From positions 78-64,077 of the forward strand of contig CAYFLU010000003.1 of the NCBI GenBank assembly GCA_964343975.1: DNA of 64,000 nt, read 5' to 3'. A program made the position numbers and the translations under genes. Each line of letters starts with the position of its first letter. Position 1 is the stretch's first letter. Positions 19,291-32,717 of this stretch are shown here, piece by piece. The stretch is from an uncultured Solibacteraceae bacterium (GTDB lineage Bacteria > Acidobacteriota > Vicinamibacteria > Vicinamibacterales > SCN-69-37). Under the pieces are notes generated by a model. It was not told the origin of the DNA and made no database searches. It saw only the letters and a program-made list of their open reading frames with translations.

Positions 19291-20634
19291 ATGGCGGGCT
19301 TCTCCGAGATCGCCCGACAACTCACGCACATCGGCGCCGGCAGCTTCGCGCTGCTCCTCCGCTATCTCACGTGGTGGCAAGCCGCCCTCCTCGCACTGAC
19401 GGCGCTCGCGATGAACGTGCTCGTGCTGCCGCGCATGAACCGGCGCGTGTTCCGGCCGGGCGATCTCGAACGGATCTTGGCGTCTGGCATCGCCATCTAT
19501 CCAATGTCAGTGCTCGGGCTGATCCTGTGCTTCCCGGCGCGACCCGACATCGTCGCCATGTGCTGGGGCATTCTCGCGGCTGGTGACGGCATGGCCACGA
19601 TGGTCGGCGCCCACGTGCGCACGACCGCGTTGCCATGGAATCGCGCGAAGTCGCTCGGCGGTCTCGTCGCCGGCATCACGGGCGCGGCCGTCGCCGCGAT
19701 CACGCTCGGTCTGTGGACCGCGCGCGGCATGACGATGCCGCCGTCGACGACGTGGCTGATCGCCGCCGCGATTGTCGCCGCCATCGTCGCGGGCCTCGTC
19801 GAGACGGTGCCGATCGGCCTCAACGACAACATCTCCGTGCCGTTCAGCGCGGCGCTCGTGCTGTGGTCGCTGACGTTCATCGATGCGGCTGCGATGCATA
19901 CGGCCGTGCCGGTGATCACCGCGCGCCTGTGGCCCGCACTGGCGGTGAACGTCGCGTTCGCGGGCATCGGTTGGGCCGCGCGCACCGTGACGATCAGCGG
20001 CGCGCTGACGGGTGCGGCGATCGGCCTTGCCACCTGGCTCGGCACGGGCTGGCCGGGATGGGTGATGCTGCTTGCGACGTTTGCATTTGCGGCAGCCACC
20101 ACCAAGCTCGGGCATCGCCGCAAGGCTGCCCTCGGGATCGACGAAGAACGCGGCGGACGACGCGGCCCGGGCAATGCGATTGCGAACACGGGGATGGCGG
20201 CGTGGGCCATGGCGCTGTCGCCGACGATGGCGGCCCCCGCGCCGGCGCTGATCGCGGCAGTGGCGGCCCTGACCACGGCGGCCAGCGACACGGTAGCGAG
20301 CGAAGTCGGCAAAGCCTTCGGGCGCACGACGTTTCTCGTCACGAACTTCCGCCGCGTGCCGCCGGGCACGTCTGGCGCGGTCTCGCTTGAAGGCACACTG
20401 GCAGGCGCATCCGCCGCGGCCGTCCTCGCCGCGATCGGCGCCGCGCTTGGCCTTGTGCCCGCGTCGGCGATCGCGCCGATCGCCATCGCCGCCACGCTCG
20501 CCTCCTTCGCCGAAGGCTGGATGGCGATCCACTGGGAAGCCTCCGGCGTGCTCAACAACGACAGCCTCAACTTCCTCAACAGTTTGCTTGGCGCCGCGCT
20601 CGCGCTACTCTGGTGGCGCACCGCTGTTGCCTGA
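19291..20634 (+). CDS. Fusion membrane protein: polyprenol (phytol/dolichol)-kinase-like N-half plus DUF92 (TMEM19/VTE6-like prenyl-phosphate kinase) C-half
   Basis: N-half: GDGMATMVGAHV...PWNRAKSLGGLVAG, the COG0170 CTP-dependent prenol kinase pattern. C-half: GPGNAIANTG, SDTVASEVGKAFG and GTSGAVSLEGTLAG, the DUF92/COG1836 pattern. 447 aa, polytopic. Confidence 0.7.
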   Translation: MAGFSEIARQLTHIGAGSFALLLRYLTWWQAALLALTALAMNVLVLPRMNRRVFRPGDLERILASGIAIYPMSVLGLILCFPARPDIVAMCWGILAAGDGMATMVGAHVRTTALPWNRAKSLGGLVAGITGAAVAAITLGLWTARGMTMPPSTTWLIAAAIVAAIVAGLVETVPIGLNDNISVPFSAALVLWSLTFIDAAAMHTAVPVITARLWPALAVNVAFAGIGWAARTVTISGALTGAAIGLATWLGTGWPGWVMLLATFAFAAATTKLGHRRKAALGIDEERGGRRGPGNAIANTGMAAWAMALSPTMAAPAPALIAAVAALTTAASDTVASEVGKAFGRTTFLVTNFRRVPPGTSGAVSLEGTLAGASAAAVLAAIGAALGLVPASAIAPIAIAATLASFAEGWMAIHWEASGVLNNDSLNFLNSLLGAALALLWWRTAVA

Positions 20635-20646
20635 GCCGATCCGCGC

Positions 20647-21552
20647 ATGAGAGCCAAGGTCTACGTCGAATTCGCCCGCCCGTTCACGCTCGTCGCGCCC
20701 GCACTGGGCTTCATCAGCGGCGCGTTGACGGCTGTCGGCGCGCATCCGCGGCAGGAGTGGAGCCTGGCCGTAATCACGCCGGGGCTCATCGGTGCGGCCA
20801 TGGCGGCCATCTTCAACGCCGGCAGCAACGCGCTCAACCAGATCTACGACCTCGAGATCGATCGCGTGAACAAGGGCAAGCGCCCGCTCCCGAGCGGCCG
20901 CATGTCCATCCGCGAAGCCTGGATCTTCACAGTGATCGCGTATGCGCTCACGCTGATCCTGGCCTGGCTGGTCGCGCCCGAGGGACGGCACGAGTGCTTC
21001 TGGATCGTCGCCGTCGCGGTGGTCGCGACCTACATCTACTCCGTGCCACCGCTTCGCACGAAGCGCCTCGGCATGTGGGCCAACATCACGATCGCCATTC
21101 CGCGCGGTGTGCTGCTGAAGGTGGCCGGCTGGTCGGCGACCAAGACCGTGATGGCGTCCGAACCCTGGTTCATCGGCGCGATCTTCGGCTTGTTCCTGCT
21201 CGGCGCCTCGACCACCAAGGACTTCTCCGACATGGAAGGCGACAAGCTCGGCGGATGCGAGACGCTGCCGATCCTGTACGGCGTGAAGAAGGCCGCGTGG
21301 ATGATCTCGCCGTCGTTCATCCTGCCGTTCCTGCTCATCAACGTCGGCACCGCGATGGGCATCCTCACCGGCCATGCGCTCTACCTCCATACGCTCGGGC
21401 TGGTGATGACGTGCTACGGCGCCTACGTGCTCTACCTCATGCTCCGGCGGCCGGAAGATCTCGCCACGGAGGAGAACCACGTGTCTTGGGCGCACATGTA
21501 TCGAATGATGTTCGTGCTCCAGGTCGGCTTTGCCCTTGCCTACCTGCTTTAG
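20647..21552 (+). CDS. UbiA-superfamily prenyltransferase (DGGGP-synthase / chlorophyll-synthase-like branch)
   Basis: Two Asp-rich motifs: NALNQIYDLEIDRVNKGKRPLPSG and KDFSDMEGDKLGGCETLP. About 8-9 TM helices, 301 aa. Confidence 0.8.
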   Translation: MRAKVYVEFARPFTLVAPALGFISGALTAVGAHPRQEWSLAVITPGLIGAAMAAIFNAGSNALNQIYDLEIDRVNKGKRPLPSGRMSIREAWIFTVIAYALTLILAWLVAPEGRHECFWIVAVAVVATYIYSVPPLRTKRLGMWANITIAIPRGVLLKVAGWSATKTVMASEPWFIGAIFGLFLLGASTTKDFSDMEGDKLGGCETLPILYGVKKAAWMISPSFILPFLLINVGTAMGILTGHALYLHTLGLVMTCYGAYVLYLMLRRPEDLATEENHVSWAHMYRMMFVLQVGFALAYLL

Positions 21553-21605
21553 CTGAGAGAGAATAAAAAGCGAAAGTCCGGATCACCCGGACCCCCTTAA
21601 TAAAG

Positions 21606-22559
21606 GTGGGCGCTGCCCAGTATTCCCTCTTCCCGGAGGCGACCGGTCCGTCGCTGCGGGACATTGCTGAGGCCGTGCGCCTGGCGGGCGGCGATCTCGA
21701 ACAGGGCCTCGAGGGCGCCGTGCTGCGCGCGGATCAGGCGCGCTATCAGGAAGTGCACGTGAAGTCGGCGCTGAACCGGGCGCAGGGCATGCCGTTCCAC
21801 TGGGCGCTGAACCCCTACCGCGGCTGCACGCACGCGTGCGAATACTGCTACGCCAGAAAGTACCAGCGTCACCTCGAGCTCGACGCCGGCGACACCTTCT
21901 CGTCCGTGATCTTCGTGAAGACGAACCTTCCGCAGGTGCTCGCGCGCGAAGTGCGGCGGGCGTCGTGGGCGCGGGAGGGTGTGGCCATCGGCACCGCTAC
22001 CGATCCCTATCAACCGATCGAGGGACACTACCGGCTCACGCGTCGGGCGATCGTCATCCTCGCCGAGGCCCACACGCCGGTGTCGATCGTGACGAAAGGC
22101 CCGATGATCGTGCGCGACGCCGACGTGCTGGTCACGGCGCGAGACGCGGCCGGCTGCACCGTGCACATGAGCGTGCCGAGTGTTGATGCCGACGCCTGGC
22201 AGAAACTCGAGCCCGGCACGGCGTCACCGGCGCAGCGGTTGCGCGCGGTGCGTCAGCTCGGCGATGCGGGCATCGATGCCGGCGTGCTGATGATGCCGCT
22301 CTTGCCCGGGATCACCACCTCACGCCGCGCGATCACCGACACCCTCACCGCCATCCGCGATGCGGGCGCCCGCTTCATCGGCGCCAACGTCGCCCGGCTC
22401 GACGACGGCGTGCGCGAGCACTTCTTCGCATTCATCCAGCGGGAATACCCGCACCTGCTCGACGGCTACCTGCGGCTGTACGCAAAAACGACCGCACCGA
22501 AGCGGTACCTCGGTGCGGTCAAAGACGTCGTGCGCGACGCGCGTGCGTCGATCGGTTAA
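21606..22559 (+). CDS. Radical SAM protein (SplB/Rv2578c-like, COG1533)
   Basis: [15 protein letters not shown] CxxxCxxC cluster motif. 317 aa. The start (GTG 21606) is uncertain. Confidence 0.8.
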   Translation: MGAAQYSLFPEATGPSLRDIAEAVRLAGGDLEQGLEGAVLRADQARYQEVHVKSALNRAQGMPFHWALNPYRGCTHACEYCYARKYQRHLELDAGDTFSSVIFVKTNLPQVLAREVRRASWAREGVAIGTATDPYQPIEGHYRLTRRAIVILAEAHTPVSIVTKGPMIVRDADVLVTARDAAGCTVHMSVPSVDADAWQKLEPGTASPAQRLRAVRQLGDAGIDAGVLMMPLLPGITTSRRAITDTLTAIRDAGARFIGANVARLDDGVREHFFAFIQREYPHLLDGYLRLYAKTTAPKRYLGAVKDVVRDARASIG

Positions 22560-23410
22560 CGCCCCTCGAGCAGCGCCTTGATGCGCGCTTCGGTAGGCGG
22601 GTGCGAGGAGAAGAGCGACATCAAGCCTTCACCGGCAAAGGGCTGCATGATGAACATGTGCGCCGTGGCCGGGCTCGCATCGAGCGGGATCTGCTTGGCC
22701 GCCGCTTCGATGTGCCGGAGCGCGCTCGCCAGCCCCGTGGGCGTGCCGGCGATTTCGGCGCCGCCCTTGTCGGCCGCGAACTCCCGCTGACGTGAAATGG
22801 CCATCTGAATCAGCATCGCCGCCAGCGGCGCGAGGATGATGGTGGCCAGCATCGCGAGCGGGCTGCCGCCGTCACGTCGGTCGCGATCGCTGCTGCCGCC
22901 GCCGAAGATCATGGCCCACTTCGCCATGTTGGCCACATACATGATGGTCGCCGCGAGCGTGGCCGCCACGGTGCTGATCAGAATGTCGCGGTGCTTGACG
23001 TGCGCAAGCTCGTGGGCGATCACGCCTTCGAGTTCGTTCTCGGGCAGCAGCCGCAGGATGCCTTCCGTGGCCGCCACGGCGGCGTGCTGGGGATCGCGGC
23101 CGGTCGCAAACGCGTTCGGCGACTGATCCGGAATGATGTAGACCTTGGGCATCGGCAGGTCGGCACGCTGCGCCAGTCGCGCCACCATCCGGTACAGCGG
23201 ATGATTCTGGTCGTCCACCACCTGCGCGCTGTACATCCGCAGGACCATCTTGTCGGAGAACCAATAGCTGAACGCGTTCATCCCGAGCGCGAGCACGAAC
23301 GCGATCGTGAGTCCGCCGGTGCCGCCAATCGCCCCGCCGATCGCGAGGAGCAAGCCGCTCATCAGGCCGAGCAGCAGAGCTGTTTTGATTCCGCTGGACA
23401 TGGTTCGCAT
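22556..23410 (-). CDS. htpX: Zinc metalloprotease HtpX
   Basis: [10 protein letters not shown] (HExxH), 4 TM helices, 284 aa. The 3' end overlaps the convergent radical SAM gene by 4 nt. Confidence 0.93.
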   Translation of the reverse strand: MRTMSSGIKTALLLGLMSGLLLAIGGAIGGTGGLTIAFVLALGMNAFSYWFSDKMVLRMYSAQVVDDQNHPLYRMVARLAQRADLPMPKVYIIPDQSPNAFATGRDPQHAAVAATEGILRLLPENELEGVIAHELAHVKHRDILISTVAATLAATIMYVANMAKWAMIFGGGSSDRDRRDGGSPLAMLATIILAPLAAMLIQMAISRQREFAADKGGAEIAGTPTGLASALRHIEAAAKQIPLDASPATAHMFIMQPFAGEGLMSLFSSHPPTEARIKALLEGR

Positions 23411-23430
23411 TATTCCATGGCGACGAGTTC

Positions 23431-23436
23431 TATAAT
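23431..23436 (+). promoter_or_regulatory. -10 box TATAAT exactly 7 nt upstream of ATG 23444 (leaderless geometry)
   Basis: TATAAT at 23431-23436, the spacer tgcagcc, ATG at 23444. Confidence 0.45.
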
Positions 23437-23443
23437 TGCAGCC

Positions 23444-23992
23444 ATGGCACTCATCCCCTGGCCCGCCATCGTCGCCTGTGTTGTGGCGTCACTGGTACAG
23501 ACGCCTCCAGTGCCCAAGCCGTTTCCGGGGGCGTCCGCACCGCCCACCACCCAGACCACACCGGCCAAGACGGAGCCGGCCACACCGGCCTCTCCGCAGA
23601 CAGCCGCGCCCGTCCCACCGCCAACCGGCGGCGGACCGACCGAAGCCACACTGGGCGTCTCACCCTATCCGACGGCGGAATTCCTCGACGTGTTCGACGC
23701 GGGACGCGGTCAGCGCTACTTTTTGTTCGGCACCAACGCGCCGTACGCGGAAATCGTGGGGTATTACAAGACCCTGCTCAAGTCTGGCGGCAAGTCGGTG
23801 ACCGACACGCCGGCCATGCAGATCTTCGAACTCGGCAAGTTCCAGGACCAGACGATGGCGTTCCCGCCGAGCGTGACGGTGAAGGACTACAGCACGAGCG
23901 GCCAGGGGTACCTGTTCGTCGACGGCACCAAGGAAAAGCGCTTCAAGACGATCATCCAGATCGTGCCGCTGCCCGCCGGCGCCATCAAGTAG
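23444..23992 (+). CDS. Hypothetical exported protein with a Pro/Thr-rich linker
   Basis: [19 protein letters not shown] is a hydrophobic N-terminus. A P/T/A-rich linker is followed by a ~110-aa globular domain. The start may instead be ATG 23417. The 333-aa track ORF overlaps htpX and is an extension artefact. Confidence 0.6.
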   Translation: MALIPWPAIVACVVASLVQTPPVPKPFPGASAPPTTQTTPAKTEPATPASPQTAAPVPPPTGGGPTEATLGVSPYPTAEFLDVFDAGRGQRYFLFGTNAPYAEIVGYYKTLLKSGGKSVTDTPAMQIFELGKFQDQTMAFPPSVTVKDYSTSGQGYLFVDGTKEKRFKTIIQIVPLPAGAIK

Positions 23993-24013
23993 GCGTCGCC
24001 GGCCCATCCGCCG

Positions 24014-24997
24014 CTAGCGGTGGCGAAGCCAGAGGCCGGCGAGATTGAAATAGAAGAGCAAGGTCGCGACATCTGACGTCGCGAGCACGATCGGACCCGC
24101 CGCAATGCGGGGATCGCGGCGCATGGCGTGGAGTGCCGTGGGCAACAAGAGGCCGAGCAGGCCCGCCGTGAGTACTGATGCCGCGATGGCGCTCGCCACG
24201 ACCAATCCCAGTTGTGGGTCGCCTTTCCACACGGTGGCGATCACGCCCACGACGGTACCGCAGCCCGCGCCGAGCATCGCCGCGGCGCCCAGTTCCTGCA
24301 GGATCAGCCGGCGGAGAAACCCACGCACGGGCGGCCCACCGTGCAGCCGCTGCAGTGTGAGCGTCACCGACTGCATGCTCACGCTTTCTGCCAGCGCGAG
24401 CACGATCGGAATGAACAACGCCAATACCACGGCGGCATTGACGAGGTGCTCGTAGTGCGACACGAGCAGGGCCGACAACAAGCCGCCGCCAACGTTGGTC
24501 ATGAGCCACGGGAAGCGATCGAGAAAGCTGGTCCACGCACTGCGGCTGCTCGACGCGTGGATGCCGAGCAGTTGGAACATGTCGTCGAACGAGCGACTGG
24601 CGAGCGCCACGACATCCGGCGTGAACACCTGGGTATCCACCTGACCGACGAGTGTCCCCTGCGGTGTCACCACCGGAAACGACCGGAAGCGCTGCGTGGC
24701 GAAGAACTCGGCGGCAATCAGGATCGTGGCCCAATCGGGAATTGCCACGGCATGGCGCGTCATCACATCGCCGATCACGTCACCCGGCTCGCTCTCGAGC
24801 AGGACATGCGCCGGCACGACGCCCGACAGGCGGGCCTCCTCGTCGACGACGTAGAAGTGCGGCACGTCGCCGACGCGGGCGCGACGGATGACGTCGAGCG
24901 CCTCGTCCACGCGGTGGTCCGAGCGCAGCGTCACGGCGCACGGCTGCACGAACGGCAGGATCGGATCGTGCAAACGATCCGTCGTGAGGGCGGTCAT
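24014..24997 (-). CDS. MgtE-family magnesium transporter (CBS pair plus MgtE TM domain; short form)
   Basis: A CBS-pair region (VMTRHAVAIP..., FPVV) is followed by 5 TM helices with the MgtE-like layout. 327 aa. Confidence 0.78.
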   Translation of the reverse strand: MTALTTDRLHDPILPFVQPCAVTLRSDHRVDEALDVIRRARVGDVPHFYVVDEEARLSGVVPAHVLLESEPGDVIGDVMTRHAVAIPDWATILIAAEFFATQRFRSFPVVTPQGTLVGQVDTQVFTPDVVALASRSFDDMFQLLGIHASSSRSAWTSFLDRFPWLMTNVGGGLLSALLVSHYEHLVNAAVVLALFIPIVLALAESVSMQSVTLTLQRLHGGPPVRGFLRRLILQELGAAAMLGAGCGTVVGVIATVWKGDPQLGLVVASAIAASVLTAGLLGLLLPTALHAMRRDPRIAAGPIVLATSDVATLLFYFNLAGLWLRHR

Positions 24998-25018
24998 CAG
25001 TGACGGGACGCGCGCGAA

Positions 25019-27860
<2,842 letters not shown>

Positions 27861-28991
27861 ACGAACCCGTGTCGGACGCCGCAGCCGACAGGATGTCGAG
27901 AAAGAGCTCTTCGTTGATGTTGTAGGAGCAGGAACAGGTGATCAGGTGCCCGCCCGGCTTGAGCAGCTTCAGGGCGCGCAGGTTGATTTCCTTGTAGCCG
28001 GCCACCGCCCCGGGGATCGACGCCTTGTTCTTCGCGAACGCGGGCGGGTCGAGCACGATCGTGTCGAACTTCACGCCCGACACTTCGAATTCGCGCAGTT
28101 CGTCGAACACGTTCACCGCGCGCGCGTCGAGGTTCGTCACGCCATTTGCCCGCGCGTTGGCCTGCGTGGCCGCCACGGCGGCCTCCGACGAATCGAGCGC
28201 GACGACCTGCGCCGCCTTCGCGGCCATCTGGAGTGCAAATCCGCCGTGGTAGCAGAAGCCGTCGAGGACGCGCCCGGTCGCATACCGCGCGGCATTGATG
28301 TGGTTCTCGGCCTGATCGAGGAAGAGCCCGGTCTTTTGTCCGTGCCGCACGTCGACGTCGTAGTGAATCGCCCCCTCACGCACACGCACGGCGTCGGGCA
28401 CCTCGCCGTAGAGGACCTCGATCTGCTCGTCGAGTCCTTCGAGGCGACGGACCTTCTGATCGTTGCGCGCGAGAATGCCGCGCGGCTTCAGCAGCTGAAC
28501 GAGCGCGTCGATGAGCACCTCGCGACGCCGGTCCATGCCCTGGCAGAGCGTCTGAACCACGACCACGTCGGCATACTGATCGACGATCAGTGCCGGCAAC
28601 CCGTCGGCCTCGCCGTGGACGAGGCGTCGGCTCGTGCCGTCCATGCCGAGGGCCTCGCGATACGCAATCGCCTTCGTCAGGCGCTCCCGCCAGATCGTCG
28701 CGTCGTCGACATTCCGATCGGTGGACACGAAGCGCAGGGCGATCTGCGAGGTGCTGCTCCAGAGCGCCCAGCCGATCGGGCGCTTCCGCTCCGTGGTGAC
28801 GAGCACGAGCTCGCCCGGCGCCACGTCGGTCTCCGGGGCGACATCCGACCGATAGATCCACGGATGCCCGGTCCGCACCCGATCCGCACCCCGCCGCGAC
28901 ACCAGTACCGTTGACGCCATCACGTCATTGTACCGGGTCGCGCGTGGCAGATTCCGCGCCACCGGCCCACCGCCTCCGGGACGCGGGACCG

Positions 28992-28997
28992 TATAAT
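28992..28997 (+). promoter_or_regulatory. -10 box TATAAT 9 nt upstream of the rpiB ATG (leaderless geometry)
   Basis: TATAAT at 28992-28997, ATG at 29007, no SD in between. Confidence 0.45.
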
Positions 28998-29006
28998 CGC
29001 TGTGTC

Positions 29007-29444
29007 ATGAATATCGCCCTCGGCGCCGATCACGCGGGTGTGGCCCTCAAAGACCAACTGAAGAAGTACCTGCTCGAGCGTGGCGACACGGTCGAGGACT
29101 TCGGGACGTTCACCACCGACTCGGTGGACTACCCCGACATCGCGGCGTCGGTCGGCAAGGCCGTCGCCGATGGACACACCGCGCGCGGCATTCTCGTGTG
29201 CGGCTCGGGCATTGGCATGGCCATCGCCGCCAACAAGATCCACGGCGTGCGCGCCGCGTCGGTCGTCGAAGAAGCCTCGGCGCGCCTCTGCCGCGAACAC
29301 AACGACTGCAACGTGCTCACGCTCGGTGCGCGCCTCACGGCGCTCGACGAAGCCAAGGAGCTCGTGCGCATCTTCCTGACGACCGACTTCCAGGGCGGCC
29401 GTCATCAACTTCGCGTCGACAAGATCACCAGGCTGGACCACTGA
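29007..29444 (+). CDS. rpiB: Ribose-5-phosphate isomerase B
   Basis: [11 protein letters not shown] and VCGSGIGM motifs. 145 aa. Confidence 0.93.
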   Translation: MNIALGADHAGVALKDQLKKYLLERGDTVEDFGTFTTDSVDYPDIAASVGKAVADGHTARGILVCGSGIGMAIAANKIHGVRAASVVEEASARLCREHNDCNVLTLGARLTALDEAKELVRIFLTTDFQGGRHQLRVDKITRLDH

Positions 29445-29469
29445 GTTCGCTGAGAAACGGACCGCAACC

Positions 29470-30726
29470 GTGAAGCACTTCCCGCATCTCTCCGTCACCG
29501 ACCCCGACATCGCCGCCGCCATCGAACACGAGCGGCACCGTCAGGAAGAAGGCCTCGAGCTCATCGCCTCGGAGAACTTCGTGAGCCTCGCCGTGCTCGA
29601 AGCCATGGGCACGGTGATGACGAACAAGTACGCCGAAGGCTACCCGGGCAAGCGCTACTACGGCGGGTGCGAATACGTGGACGTGGCGGAGACGCTCGCG
29701 ATCGACCGCGCGAAGGAGCTCTTCGGCGCGGAGCACGCGAACGTGCAGCCGCACTCGGGCGCACAGGCGAACATGACGGTGTATCTCGCGATGCTCAAGC
29801 CGGGCGACACGATCCTCGGCATGAACCTCGCGCACGGCGGCCACCTCACGCACGGCCACCCGCTCAACTTCTCGGGACTCTTCTTCAAGATCGTCCCGTA
29901 CGGCGTCCGCAAAGACGACGAGCGGATCGACTACGACGAAGTGGAAGCGAAGGCGCGCGAGCACAAGCCGCGCCTGATCGTCGTCGGTGCAAGCGCCTAC
30001 CCGCGCGTGATCGACTTCGCGCGCATCCGCAAAGTCGCCGATGAGATCGGCGCGCTCGTGATGGTCGACATGGCGCACATCGCGGGCCTCGTGGCCGCCG
30101 GCGTGCATCCGAGCCCGGTGCCGCATGCCGACTTCGTCACGACCACGACGCACAAGACGCTGCGCGGCCCGCGCGGCGGCATGATCCTCTGCAAGGCGCA
30201 GTACGCGAAGGAGATCGACCGCGCGCTCTTCCCGGGCGTGCAGGGCGGCCCGCTGATGCACACGATCGCCGCCAAGGCCGTGTGCTTCAAGGAAGCCCTC
30301 GACCCGAGCTTCGCGCTCTACCAGCAGAAGGTCGTCGCGAACGCGGCGCGCCTCGCGCAGCGCCTGCAGGAACACGGCTTCCGCATCGTGAGCGGCGGCA
30401 CCGACAATCACCTCGCGCTCGTCGACACGTTCTCGAAGGGCATCACCGGCAAGGCCGCGGAAGCCGCACTCGGCAAGGCCGGCATCACGGTGAACAAGAA
30501 CGCGATCCCGTTCGACCAGAATCCGCCGATGACCGCAAGCGGCATCCGCGTCGGCACGCCGGCCGTGACGACGCGCGGCCTGGGCCTCGACGAGATGGAC
30601 CAGATCGCGCGCTTCATCGCGCGCGCGCTCGCGTCGCCCGACGATCAGGCAGTACTCGACGGCGTGCGCATCGACGTCGAAGCGCTCTGCCGCAAGTTCC
30701 CGCTCTACCCCGAGCTCGGTCGGTAG
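29470..30726 (+). CDS. glyA: Serine hydroxymethyltransferase
   Basis: [21 protein letters not shown] (PLP lysine). 418 aa, GTG start. Confidence 0.97.
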   Translation: MKHFPHLSVTDPDIAAAIEHERHRQEEGLELIASENFVSLAVLEAMGTVMTNKYAEGYPGKRYYGGCEYVDVAETLAIDRAKELFGAEHANVQPHSGAQANMTVYLAMLKPGDTILGMNLAHGGHLTHGHPLNFSGLFFKIVPYGVRKDDERIDYDEVEAKAREHKPRLIVVGASAYPRVIDFARIRKVADEIGALVMVDMAHIAGLVAAGVHPSPVPHADFVTTTTHKTLRGPRGGMILCKAQYAKEIDRALFPGVQGGPLMHTIAAKAVCFKEALDPSFALYQQKVVANAARLAQRLQEHGFRIVSGGTDNHLALVDTFSKGITGKAAEAALGKAGITVNKNAIPFDQNPPMTASGIRVGTPAVTTRGLGLDEMDQIARFIARALASPDDQAVLDGVRIDVEALCRKFPLYPELGR

Positions 30727-32691
30727 TTGGCCGGGCGCCTCGTCGACAGCGTCGCGGAGGTCTTTGCCGACGACGGCCCGCTCGCGCGTGCGGTCGAGGG
30801 CTTCGAGGCGCGGCTCGGCCAGCGCGAGATGGCCGATGCCGTCGCGCGCACCTTCGAAAACGGCGGCACGCTCATCGTCGAAGCCGGCACCGGCACGGGC
30901 AAGACGCTCGCCTATCTCGTGCCGGCCGTGCTCGCCGGACGGCGCGTGCTGATCTCCACCGGCACGCGCAACCTGCAAGATCAGATCTTCTACAAGGACC
31001 TCCCGGCCCTTTCACACGCGATGGATCGCGAGATCCGCGCGGCCTACATGAAGGGCCGCACGAACTACCTGTGTCTCCATCGCTTCGATCGTCTGCGCGA
31101 AGCGGAAGCGGCGCTCCCCGACTTTGAACGGCAGTGGCTGAACACGATCGCCGAGTGGGCCGGCGCCACCGAAACGGGTGATCGGGCGGAAATCGAAGAC
31201 CTGCCGGACGACTTTCTCCTCTGGAGCGACATGACGGCCAACGGCGATCAGTGCCTCGGCCGTGAGTGCCCGCGCTTTCAAGACTGCTTCGTCACGAAGA
31301 TGCGCGAGCGGGCCGCCGAGTCGGAGGTGGTGATCGTGAACCACCACCTGCTCTGCGCCGATGCCGCGGTGCGCGAGGGCGCGTTCGGCGAAGTGATTCC
31401 GGAGTGCCATCTCCTCGTCATCGACGAAGCGCATCAGCTCGAAGACGTCGTCACGCAGTACTTCGGCGTCGCCCTCTCCGCACATCGATTGGACGAACTC
31501 GATCATGACGCCGGCGAAGCGCTGGCGGCACTGCCCGGTGAAGAGGGGCTCTTCGCGACGCAGGTGCGGCTCGCCATCGACACGGTCGTGCAGTCGGGGC
31601 GCACGCTCTTCGAGGCGGCGCGCACGACGATGCGCATGAGCGGCGAAGGCGGCGACCGGGTGATGCTCACGCCCGCACTCGCGGAGCAACTGCTGGAGTC
31701 TGGCCTCGCGTTTCAACAGGCGGCCGAACAGGCGGAGCTGTTGCTGCGTCACCACGGCGAGCTGCCCGAGGATCTGGACGCCATCGGCGCGCGGCTGTCG
31801 CAGATGAAGGCCGACATCACCACGCTCCTCGCGGCCGACGATCCGCGCTTCGTCCACTACCTCGAACTGCGCGGCCGCAGCGTGTCGCTGCGCGCGTCCC
31901 CGATTGACGTCGCGCATCTCATTCGCGACACGGTCATTGGCGTGCGCACCGCGACCGTCCTGACCTCGGCGACGCTGACGGTGGAAGGGCGCTTCGACTA
32001 CATGCTCGGCCGGCTCGGCGTGGACGAGGCCGAGTCCATCAAGTTGCCGTCGGAGTTCGATTTCCGGCAGCAGGCGGTGCTCTTCTTGCCCGACGACATG
32101 CCCGATCCGCGCTCGCCCGAGTTCAACCGCGCGGCCGGACATCTGGTCGCCGAGATCCTCGACCGCACCGAGGGACGCGCGTTCGTGCTGTTCACGTCGT
32201 ACGCCGCGATGCGCGAGGTGCATGCGGCGGTATCGGCGAAGGTCACCTGGCCGCTCCTCATGCAGGGCACCGCGCCACGCACGGCACTGCTCCGCGACTT
32301 CCGCGCGACGCCGAATGCCGTGCTCTTCGCGACCTCGTCGTTCTGGCAGGGCGTGGACGTGGCCGGCGACACGCTGAGCTGCGTGATCATCGACCGGCTG
32401 CCGTTTGCCTCGCCCGGCGATCCGCTGGTGAAGGCCCGGATCGAGGCGATCACCGAACGGGGCGGCAACGCGTTCCAGGACTACCAGATCCCCCTCGCCA
32501 CACTGGCCCTGCTGCAGGGCCTGGGCCGGCTGATCCGGACCCGCACGGACCGGGGTGTGCTGGCGATCCTCGATCCGCGTCTGACCCGCATGAGCTACGG
32601 CCGCCGGTTTCTCGGCTCTTTGCCCCCGGCGCCGATCACGTCGGACCTCGAGGCCATACGGCGGTTCCTGCGTGGTGCGGGTGTAAAATAA
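30727..32691 (+). CDS. DinG/XPD-family ATP-dependent DNA helicase
   Basis: EAGTGTGKTLAYL (Walker A), DEAHQL, an Fe-S Cys cluster region (C..CLGRECPRFQDC), and a C-terminal helicase domain. 654 aa. Confidence 0.85.
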   Translation: MAGRLVDSVAEVFADDGPLARAVEGFEARLGQREMADAVARTFENGGTLIVEAGTGTGKTLAYLVPAVLAGRRVLISTGTRNLQDQIFYKDLPALSHAMDREIRAAYMKGRTNYLCLHRFDRLREAEAALPDFERQWLNTIAEWAGATETGDRAEIEDLPDDFLLWSDMTANGDQCLGRECPRFQDCFVTKMRERAAESEVVIVNHHLLCADAAVREGAFGEVIPECHLLVIDEAHQLEDVVTQYFGVALSAHRLDELDHDAGEALAALPGEEGLFATQVRLAIDTVVQSGRTLFEAARTTMRMSGEGGDRVMLTPALAEQLLESGLAFQQAAEQAELLLRHHGELPEDLDAIGARLSQMKADITTLLAADDPRFVHYLELRGRSVSLRASPIDVAHLIRDTVIGVRTATVLTSATLTVEGRFDYMLGRLGVDEAESIKLPSEFDFRQQAVLFLPDDMPDPRSPEFNRAAGHLVAEILDRTEGRAFVLFTSYAAMREVHAAVSAKVTWPLLMQGTAPRTALLRDFRATPNAVLFATSSFWQGVDVAGDTLSCVIIDRLPFASPGDPLVKARIEAITERGGNAFQDYQIPLATLALLQGLGRLIRTRTDRGVLAILDPRLTRMSYGRRFLGSLPPAPITSDLEAIRRFLRGAGVK

Positions 32692-32717
32692 GAAGGTTCT
32701 TTTGAGGAGGGTCCGTT

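Noticed and set aside
21576-21592. Hairpin gtccgg-atcac-ccggac after the UbiA gene as an intrinsic terminator. Similar GC hairpins without T-runs occur at 33706-33722 and 39170-39190.
   Set aside because: No U-tract follows any of them. They may be attenuating or processing structures, but they cannot be called terminators from sequence alone.
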